IMG/VR virus record: IMGVR_UViG_3300009170_000006
Location: 3,721 to 67,720 of that record
Reading direction: 5' to 3' (one strand)
Source of the DNA: a virus
Lineage: Duplodnaviria; Caudoviricetes
Length of the DNA: 64,000 bases
The notes below the pieces were generated by a model. The model was not told where the DNA came from, ran no database searches, and worked only from the letters and a program-made list of their open reading frames with translations. The position numbers and the translations under genes are program-made. This document shows positions 1 to 9,200 of the stretch, in pieces (the stretch's first letter is position 1; each line of letters opens with the position of its first letter).

Positions 1-1337
1 ATTGACTTAATTTTAGCATCATCTACATTTTCAGCATATAAATCATCTTCTGTCCAGCCTAGTTCTTCAAGTAATTCTTCTTTTTTAAACTTTACATAAT
101 CATCAATACTATTTTTAAATTCTTCAGTATAGTCATGAAATTTACTTTCAACTCTTTTGTACTTAACTTTAGCCCAAGCTGCCTTTGCTTCTTCAGGACT
201 GTTAAAGTTATTAGCTTTAATATAATCTGTTGGTACACCATAAGCATACAATAAACTAGTTATTAACTTACGTAACTGAGTTGAGAATGTAGATTGTTGT
301 TTAAAGTAAGTATTAACTGCTGTTTGGTTTTTTAAGTAAGCAATATAAATAGTATTTGGTGTAAAAGTAAAGTCAGTTTTAAGATTACTTGTATCTCCTT
401 CAAATATAGAATCTCCAGTACTTTCAGGACTAGACTTTATATGTGATCTTTTAGAACCAGATGTGAATGTAATATAATCAATGTTTTGAGAAATCATTGC
501 TTTATGTAAATTATTAGCAGGAAAGTCTTTAATAACACTTGGTATTAATGGAAATAATGAATATTTATGAAAAGCTTGTATAGGAAATCTACCAACTTCT
601 GTAGCAAGAGGTCCATTGTATTGTAATTTATATACAGGGAACATGTTGTTTAATTCAGTAGCAGTAATTGTTTCTCCATTTATAACTCTAAAGTACAAAG
701 CATCTTGTTCATCTGACCAGTTACCTTCAGCTTGTCTAAGTATTCTATAAGTATCAAAAGTAATTAAAGCTTGACCATCAGCATCTTGAATGTCAATAAA
801 GGCTTTCATTTTACCACCTTTAAATACATTACTATATTTACCATTTTCATCAACCTCAGCATTACCTGGCTTACCTGTTCCAGGATCAACACCATATAAA
901 GCTACATTAATTTCATTATCAGTTAATCCTTTATCAGTATAATCTCTTTTAAATAAATCTCTATACATAGTAAAGTAAACTGAAGTAACTTCACTTTCTT
1001 GTATAATTGCTGAATTAAGAGTAGGACTATAAGTTCTTACTTCTTTTTCTGCAATAATCTTATCAGCTATAAGTTTTTGTTCATAAGGTCTTCCTACTTT
1101 AGCATCAATAAAGATCTTAGTTAATTTATCTACTGGAAATATAGTACCTCCAGATTGAGAACCAGGAGCTCTCTTACTCATCTCATCTTTAGTATGATCA
1201 AATTGAAAGCCATCTCCTTGTAATAAAAAAGTAGTTTCAGTCTTATGTATAAAATTATTAAGCATGTAAGATCTTACAGCTGCTTTTTTAATATTCAACT
1301 CTACATCTAATGGAGTAGCTCCATAAATATTATTTTT
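1..1337 (-). CDS. Virion RNA polymerase, conserved core segment (in-frame continuation after TAA at 1338-1340; truncated at left edge)
   Basis: Not in the ORF track. Hand translation of most of this stretch in the same frame as 1338..6203 gives ...RSYMLNNFIHKTETTFLLQGDGFQF...KRAPG..., DADGQALITFDTYRILRQAEGNW, HKYSLFPLIP, FTSGSK and STQLRKLI, which resemble crAss-like (phi14:2 gp66-type) RNAP motifs. The catalytic Asp triad would lie beyond the window. Confidence 0.8.
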
Positions 1338-4300
1338 TTATTTTGCATTATTTGCTAAATCTTTTAAGATAAGATCTTTTAATATTGCAGGTAAAGGTTG
1401 ATCAACTCCAAAAATTGGATCAAATAAATCTTTATTATAACTTTCTTCTAGCTTATCAAAAAACTTAACAATATTATTATCTAGTTGTTTCTTTAATGCT
1501 GGATTATCATTTAATACTTTATATAAGTCACCTTGCTCATTTAATTTTTCAAATATTTCTTCAGACTTTAAAGCCTCTTTAAGACCTGGAGCACCATCAA
1601 GTATCTCATCAAAAATGTCAAACTCAGTACCTCTTTCAAATCCTTTAATATTGTTATAGTATTCAGGGTCAGCTTTAATCATTGCAATTCTTCTGATCTC
1701 ACCTTCTAACTTAGGATATAGCATATCTAATACTTTTTGCATTGGATTATACCCCATTATAGATTTACCAGCAGCATCTTTCATAAAAGCTACAGTATCT
1801 ACATATAAACCTTTATTTATTTTTTCATCATAAGTATTAATAATATCAACTTTAATTCCAAAGTTAGAACTTTTATCACCAGCTTGAATTCCATCCATAT
1901 AACCTCCACCAAGAGTAGAAATAAATACAGATAATGTTTTATCTAAAAAACCCATTTTAGCACTAGTAGTACCATCACTAACAAAAGTTTCATCTATATA
2001 ACTAACACCACTAAGATCACGGTAGTTAATATCATTATTCTTAATTTTTTCATTTTCTCCAACAGTAGAGAATAAAGACTTTATAATAATAGAACCTTTT
2101 GTTAAAGGATTACTTCTAGGATTAAGAAAGTTCATGTGAACAAGTTCAGGATTATTTGAATATAAATCTCCTTGTTTATTAGCTTTTTTAAGACCATTTA
2201 TTTTTTGAGTATCACTACTGTTAAGACCAAATAAAGATTTTAACTTTTTAGCAGCATTAAATCTCATAGAGTTTGCATATTCTGTAGAATAAGTAGCTTC
2301 TATTTCAGCTAACTTGTTTACAGCAAAAGCATTTTTAGGAAGTTTTGTACCATTGCTTAATGTTCTAGCTTTACCTAAGTAAGCAACAATATTATCAATT
2401 TTTTGTATATCATTTTCTTTTACTGCTTGACTATTACTCTCTTCAGTTTTACCAATAGCATCAGCAATAAAGTCTATATCATTAGGTATAAGACTATCTC
2501 TAATTTCTGAAATATCAGATAAGTATAAACCAATACTATTTAAGAAAGGAATATAGTTTTCTCTTGAAACACTATAAGTATTTTTATTTTCATTATTTAC
2601 TCCTTTAATAAGATATCTACTAGCTACAGCTTCTAAGTCTATATAATTAACTTGATCTTTTTTATAAGTAAAGCTATCAATTTCTTTTTGTTGAAAAGCT
2701 AAAGGCCAATCAGTATTTACAATTCCTAGATATTCTGCAGTTGTTTTACCAACTCTTATTTCAGTAGGTTTATCTTTATATTCTTGAACAATAGCAACAA
2801 CTTGATCAATTTTATGCAAGTTAGCAGATTGTACAAATTTCATCCATAAAGATCCTATATCACTGCCTTGTCTAAACATTTCACCTATTGAATCTTCTGG
2901 AGAAAGCATTTTGCCATCTTCTGTTTGTTGTACATATATTTTACCTAGTAATTGTTTGAACAAAGGAGATACAGTATCTCCAGCAAGTTTAAGTTTGTTA
3001 AATAAACCTAGTACAGAAGTTTCACCTGAAGCTTTATCCATTAAAACTCTCCAGAAAGGTAAAAACTCAATTGGTTCAGCAAACCCTAATTCATTTAATT
3101 CAGCTTTTCCATCTTTAGTTTGTTTAGTTAAACTTTTTATTACATATAATACTAACTTATTAGCTAATTTTTCTGAAGCAACATCATTACTAGAAGCATC
3201 AAGACTTGTAGCTAACTCTTGTTGAGCAGTATCACTTGTTTCTTCATAGTCATCACTATCTTTTTCATCTGCTATAGGTTTGAATGTAGAGAATAAATCT
3301 TTAAATGTACTGTTATTTTTATGAAAAGACACAACTGAAACATCAGAAGTTTGACCAGCTAATGCTTTATTAATATTTCCAAAAACTTCATCATCAACAG
3401 CTTTAGTTAATAAAGTAATTTTATCATTGATAATAGTTAAGGCTTGTTCATCAGTAGGAGCAAGTTTAGATCTTTCAGCAGTTAACTCAATTATTCTATC
3501 ATTAAGTTCTTTCTTTGCTCTATTATAAATATTAGTTAAAGCATTTCTACTTGAGAATACTTTTGTTACTGCACTAAACTTACCTTTTCCAACTTGTTCA
3601 TTTACAAATTTAGATAATATACCATCAATAGTTCTAGTTAATAATAAACCTTCAGATATAGTTAAGTTTTTTTCAGCATTGCTTGTTATAATACCTCCAC
3701 TATTTAATGAACCAAACTCAGCATTTTTTAGATTAGCTGCATATGGTAATAGGTCTTTAGAAGATTTAGCTGTATACAATGCCTTAAACATGTCACCTAA
3801 GACACCTTCTGAACTTGTATTAGAATATACATCAGAATTCCCTACTAGAGCTTTTAAAGCTTTCCATATTCTATCAAATATTCTACCTAATGCAGTCTTT
3901 GCTTTAGAGTTAGTTTTAAACTTGCCACCATTCATAGCATACTTTCTAAATTCTTCAGCTATAAATTCTTCTAGTACTAATCTATCTTCTCTCTTATTTA
4001 CATCAAGATCTTTAAAGTTTAAAGTAACCATTCTATAAGAAACACCACCACCGGGTTCTACAAATTTCTTAACAACATTAAAGCTGCCTGGAAGTTTTGA
4101 TACAGGTTTGTATAACAACTCAGTTCTTTGATCTTTAGTTAAATACACCTGACTAAAAGCATGCCAACTCTCATGATAAACTTGAGTAAAACTAGCTCCT
4201 TTAAATAAAGTAATAGTTGAATTACTAAAATTGGCCCATGCATCAGAGTTTACAACATTTCTTAATAAGGATAGATTGAAAAGAGGTTTTCCAGCACTAT

Positions 4301-6203
4301 CCACTTCTTTAGCCAATGCTGATTCTTCTCTCCACCATTTTTCTGCTCTAGCATCTTGTTTAGGTGTAGCAGAGTTCTCCATTAACTTAGAAGCTTTTAA
4401 CTCATCAAATAAGTCTTCTTCTTCAGTATTAGTTACTGGTATGTTTTCAGCTACAGTATTAGCTCTAGTTTCAATTACTTGTTGTTTAACTTCAGCTTGA
4501 GTTAACTCAGCTTCAAATCTTAAATAACCATTTGATACCATTGGTAACCCTGTATTCTTATCTCTTACAACTCTAGGTGTAAACTTGTTGAATATAAATG
4601 GTTTATAAGCTAATTGATTATTAGCAACTATTCTGTAACCAACTGCTGTATCTTCAATGGTATATTTAGTATATTGTTGCTTTGTATAAAGCTTATCATT
4701 AAAATGAATATATACACTATTAGTAAAGAAGTCTTTAAGCATTTGCTTAGATAACTCTTTATTTTCTAAAGGTACAGCTACATTATTAAGATTAATATAA
4801 AGTTTTTTATTATTATCAGTTTTTATACCAATAATATAAGGTAAAAGTTTTGCATCAGATTCAGTACTATCTCTATAAAGATTAATAAATTGACTAACAT
4901 ATTGTTCTTTTTCTACATCAGTTAATCCAACATCTTCAGTAAGTACAGTTATAAGATGATCCATTAATTCAGGATCTTGATTACCAAGAGTTGTTGAATT
5001 TTTTAATGTTATTAAATTTTCTGCAGTATAAAACTTAACTGCTGGTAAAGTTCTTGTAACACCTTTTAATACTTTTCTTACAAAAACTACATTTGGATCA
5101 AAAGAATCTGCATCAAATTCTGATAAAGTAGCTCCTCCTTCTTTTTGTTCTTTCTCTGTTAAAGTATCTAAGTCTTGAGCTACTCCAACTGAGCCTCCAA
5201 TTAAATTAACTATAACAGGACCATTACTTAATTTATTTTTAAGATTTGTAAGATCTTCAGCATCTTTTGCAATTTTTTTATCAATTTCTTGTTCTTCCTC
5301 AGCTGTTAAATCTTTAATATTTTTAAGTATACTATTCTTAATTTTTTTATTATTTGCAACACTTACTGCTTTTAATACAAAGTAAATAGCTTTACCTTTA
5401 TTAATATCAGTAATTTTATGATTTTCATCAAAGTACATTACTTCACCTTGATTATTTGTTAAAGCAAGTACAGGTACTCTGCTTTTTGCAAACTGTTCTC
5501 TATTAGCTCTTCTGGTTCCTAGGATGTCATATTCATACATAACTTTTCCTTTGAAACCTCTATGCTCATCATATTCAAGTTCTGTAAAATCTTGGTCAGC
5601 ACTTGTTCTAGCTAATAAAATCTTAGCTAAACCATCTTGATAAAAAGCTTTATCTGCATCTCTAGCTGTTCTACTAGAAATAAGTTTACCATTTACTTTT
5701 TCTTCTTCAGCTGTTTGTTGAGCTGTTACACTGTATCCATCAACAGATAAGATATTATCTATAGCAAGTTCTTCTGAACCTTCTACTTTAAAATAAATCT
5801 TATCTTGGTTTGTAGCTTGTTGAGCTATTACTTTTTCTACTTCTTCAATACTTGTATTTTCTATACCTAGTAAAGTAGCAATAGCAGCCATTTTATCTTC
5901 AGCTTTCTTTAAAGTATTTATATCTTTAATTAACTGAGTTGAATCATAGCCTTTTTCTACAAGCTCATTTTCACTAAACTCAGGATTATTTCTTATTGTA
6001 TCAAAGATAATTTGAGGCACATGATAGGCAATACCCAATGATTGTTGAACATCATTTTTTGCACCTGCTACTTTTTTCTGAATAGTAATAATTATATCTT
6101 TATAATTAAACTTTTCCTCATTTAAAAGTTGACCTTCAATTAAAAGGTTTACATAATTTTCAAGATTCTCTTTTAAATTATTTTTACTTAAATCACATAC
6201 CAT
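1338..6203 (-). CDS. Giant virion RNA polymerase/cargo protein, N-terminal part with zincin-like domain
   Basis: 1621-aa ORF at the end of the cargo cluster; HESWH (HExxH) followed by EEFIAEEF; in frame with the RNAP motifs downstream. Confidence 0.75.
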   Translation of the reverse strand: MVCDLSKNNLKENLENYVNLLIEGQLLNEEKFNYKDIIITIQKKVAGAKNDVQQSLGIAYHVPQIIFDTIRNNPEFSENELVEKGYDSTQLIKDINTLKKAEDKMAAIATLLGIENTSIEEVEKVIAQQATNQDKIYFKVEGSEELAIDNILSVDGYSVTAQQTAEEEKVNGKLISSRTARDADKAFYQDGLAKILLARTSADQDFTELEYDEHRGFKGKVMYEYDILGTRRANREQFAKSRVPVLALTNNQGEVMYFDENHKITDINKGKAIYFVLKAVSVANNKKIKNSILKNIKDLTAEEEQEIDKKIAKDAEDLTNLKNKLSNGPVIVNLIGGSVGVAQDLDTLTEKEQKEGGATLSEFDADSFDPNVVFVRKVLKGVTRTLPAVKFYTAENLITLKNSTTLGNQDPELMDHLITVLTEDVGLTDVEKEQYVSQFINLYRDSTESDAKLLPYIIGIKTDNNKKLYINLNNVAVPLENKELSKQMLKDFFTNSVYIHFNDKLYTKQQYTKYTIEDTAVGYRIVANNQLAYKPFIFNKFTPRVVRDKNTGLPMVSNGYLRFEAELTQAEVKQQVIETRANTVAENIPVTNTEEEDLFDELKASKLMENSATPKQDARAEKWWREESALAKEVDSAGKPLFNLSLLRNVVNSDAWANFSNSTITLFKGASFTQVYHESWHAFSQVYLTKDQRTELLYKPVSKLPGSFNVVKKFVEPGGGVSYRMVTLNFKDLDVNKREDRLVLEEFIAEEFRKYAMNGGKFKTNSKAKTALGRIFDRIWKALKALVGNSDVYSNTSSEGVLGDMFKALYTAKSSKDLLPYAANLKNAEFGSLNSGGIITSNAEKNLTISEGLLLTRTIDGILSKFVNEQVGKGKFSAVTKVFSSRNALTNIYNRAKKELNDRIIELTAERSKLAPTDEQALTIINDKITLLTKAVDDEVFGNINKALAGQTSDVSVVSFHKNNSTFKDLFSTFKPIADEKDSDDYEETSDTAQQELATSLDASSNDVASEKLANKLVLYVIKSLTKQTKDGKAELNELGFAEPIEFLPFWRVLMDKASGETSVLGLFNKLKLAGDTVSPLFKQLLGKIYVQQTEDGKMLSPEDSIGEMFRQGSDIGSLWMKFVQSANLHKIDQVVAIVQEYKDKPTEIRVGKTTAEYLGIVNTDWPLAFQQKEIDSFTYKKDQVNYIDLEAVASRYLIKGVNNENKNTYSVSRENYIPFLNSIGLYLSDISEIRDSLIPNDIDFIADAIGKTEESNSQAVKENDIQKIDNIVAYLGKARTLSNGTKLPKNAFAVNKLAEIEATYSTEYANSMRFNAAKKLKSLFGLNSSDTQKINGLKKANKQGDLYSNNPELVHMNFLNPRSNPLTKGSIIIKSLFSTVGENEKIKNNDINYRDLSGVSYIDETFVSDGTTSAKMGFLDKTLSVFISTLGGGYMDGIQAGDKSSNFGIKVDIINTYDEKINKGLYVDTVAFMKDAAGKSIMGYNPMQKVLDMLYPKLEGEIRRIAMIKADPEYYNNIKGFERGTEFDIFDEILDGAPGLKEALKSEEIFEKLNEQGDLYKVLNDNPALKKQLDNNIVKFFDKLEESYNKDLFDPIFGVDQPLPAILKDLILKDLANNAK

Positions 6204-6204
6204 A

Positions 6205-9200
6205 TTAACAAAGGTTTTCTATAAAAGTTTCTTCTCCTGTTTTTAATCTTTTTTCATAATCTTCTTTATCTGCAGTTTTAGTCTTTTTAAACTCTTTAGG
6301 CTCTTCAGAAACAAGTTTCTCATTAGCCTTAATAGTTTCATTTTCCTCTACAGTTGATTCCTCAATACCTGGTTGTACAATTCTAAGATCTCTAACTAAA
6401 TTATCTTCATTTATTGTTACCTTTGCACCAAGGGCACTTTTCAAAGTTACTGAATTTGTTCCAACTTTCTCAATTTTATACTGAATATTATTATAAATAA
6501 CTTCAAATTTATTAGTTTGAGCAATCTTTAAACTTTTTAAATTTAAATTCTCATTTAACTGTTGACTATTTACTTTTGTTGGCCCTAATGTTGAAACAAC
6601 TACTTCTGTTTCAGGAACTATAACTAGCTCAGCCTGAGCAACATCTCTAGCTGCAAGCTTAGCTTCTTTAATTCTTGATTGAATTCTAGCATTCTTTCTA
6701 CTGATAGTAACAGGATATTCTTTTTGTTTACTAGCAACAACTTCTTTAGTATTAAGATTCATTGTAGTAGTAGTAAACTTATTTCCTATATTGTTTTCTT
6801 TATAGTTATCAATTAGTTCACTTAAGTATCTTACTTGATCTTGATATCTTAATAAAGCACTTAATAGTTGAGCTTGTCTTTCTTCTTCTTTAGTTTTTAC
6901 TGATTCAAGAAATTCAGCTGAGTTTATGTTATTTAATACTTCATTTTGAAGACTCTCAAGTTTATTTTTTATTGCAGGGTATTGAAAATTTTCATACTCA
7001 TTATCTGATATAAAAGTCTTAAGATTGTTTTCTTTATAAAATAAGTAACTAACATGTTCTTTAATATATCTTATTGAATCAGCAATAGCTCTTTTAACAG
7101 CTTCAAGTAGTTTACCTATAGTATCTATCTTAGAGTTTATCTTATTTCTTCTACCAATTAACTCGTCTCTTGTATAAGTACTAATTGTAGGGTCACTAAT
7201 TAATGAAGAGTAGTATTGAGCTTGTTTTTGTAAGTCTTGTTGTACAGCTTGAACATCAGATAATTCTTCTTGAAGTTCTTTTACTCTATCTGTAATATCA
7301 TTTAATAACTGAAACTCTGCTCTATAAGAAGCTTTAAGTTCAGCTATTTTTTCCTGAGCTTTAACACCTTTTGCAGTTTTTTTAGAACTTTTAGATTTAG
7401 TAGCAGCAGTTAAAGTTTTAATCTGGTTATCTATATTCTTAAGATTGTTTTGAATACCTTCAGTACTTGTATTTAATATACCATCTAAGTAAGAAAGAGT
7501 ATCAGTTATCTCAATAGCATCCAAACTTAAAGCCTCAGCTTTTTTCTCTAGTAACTCTATTCTTTTTTCAATAAATTCTTTTCTAGTTTCTAAAGTAGAA
7601 GTACCAGGTAAACCAAATCTTAATGCTTTTTCTTCAGCAGCTGTAAGACTTTCTCTAGGTTGCATTAATAATCTTTTAGTCTCAGCTTCAATAGCTTGAG
7701 TCTTAGCCTCTTTTTCAGTTGTTGGTGTCTCTGCTTTTGTAGGCCCTAATGTAGATACTACTTGTTCAGTTTGTTTTCTTAAAGGAAGTAATTTAGCATC
7801 TTTAATTTGATCTAAAGGTGTTAACTTTACACCAGGTAATAAGTTTAATTCAGTAGTAGATGTCTCACCAGCTTGATAGTTTATTTCAATAGGCATTACA
7901 CCTAAAGTAGTAGCTCTTAAGTTGTGAGTATTGTTTAATAAAATTCTATATAATGATAATTGCTTTTGATGTTTTAATTTATTAGAATCTTTTCCTTTAC
8001 CATAAGCATTTTCATATTTAGTTTTTCCTTTATTTTCACCACTATTATAAGTATCAGTAAACTGATTACCTCTCATAGTCTTCATATCATAAATACGGAT
8101 ATTACCTTGATCATCATAAGTAAGTAAATCTACAGTACCTGCAACACCTATCTTATCATCATACAATACAACATCATTAGCTAAAACCTTTTCACCTCTA
8201 GCATCCATTACAGCCTTAACTTTTTTCAAGTCTTCAACAAAAGATTCAATATCTTCTTGAGAAGCTACATCATAACTAGTCAAGTCTTTAAGTTCTCCAT
8301 TAAAGAAATCTCTTACTAGACCATCCACTTTTGTACCAATAACTTGAGAAGATGCTACTATAAGTTTATTTTCTATATCTCTATCAGTATAACCTAAAGC
8401 AGCTAATCTTTTTTCATAGTCTTCAAAAGATTCATCTTTTTTCATAGGATCTTTAAACTCATCTTCTGAAATATAAGTAGTAACCCTTTTATAAGTTTTA
8501 CCAGTCTTGCTGTTTACATATTGAGTACCATCTTCAGATAACTTAATAAATTCTTTATTAGAAACTATTTCTTGAATAGCCTCTTCTAATGTTTGTATTG
8601 GTGCATTTTTAAGCTCATCTTCTTTTTCTTTAGCAGCAATAGCTGTAAAGTTGCTGAATAATTTTAAAGCAATATCAAATTGAGGACCTGCAGTTACTTT
8701 ATTACCTTGAGCATCCATAAAGTATGTAGCTACTGGCATTTCTGTATCATTATCTAAAGCATTAGCATATGCTTCTATTAATTCATTAGGGATATTTAAA
8801 CCTGAGTCTTTAGTAACTAAATTTAATATACCATTGATACTAGTTAATCTATTAATTAACTTTTGATTTTCTTCAATAATACTTTCTTTATTATTAAGAA
8901 TTTCACTATAAGCATCATTTAATCTAGTGTGTAATTTAAAAAAATTCTGAGGAGCCATCAATATATTAATACTTTCAGCAAGACCTTTCATATCATCTCT
9001 AAGACTCATATGATCTTTAACTACACTATAAGCTTTTTCTATATCATCATTAAATACAATATGATCATTCTTTTTAGCTAAGAATTTAACATGCTCCATA
9101 AAAGCTTTCTTAGCTATTTCATCTTTAGCTTCTTTTTCTTCAGGAGTTTTTGCTTCTTTAACAGCTTTAACAGCTTCATAGAAATTATTTATAGTTTCTA

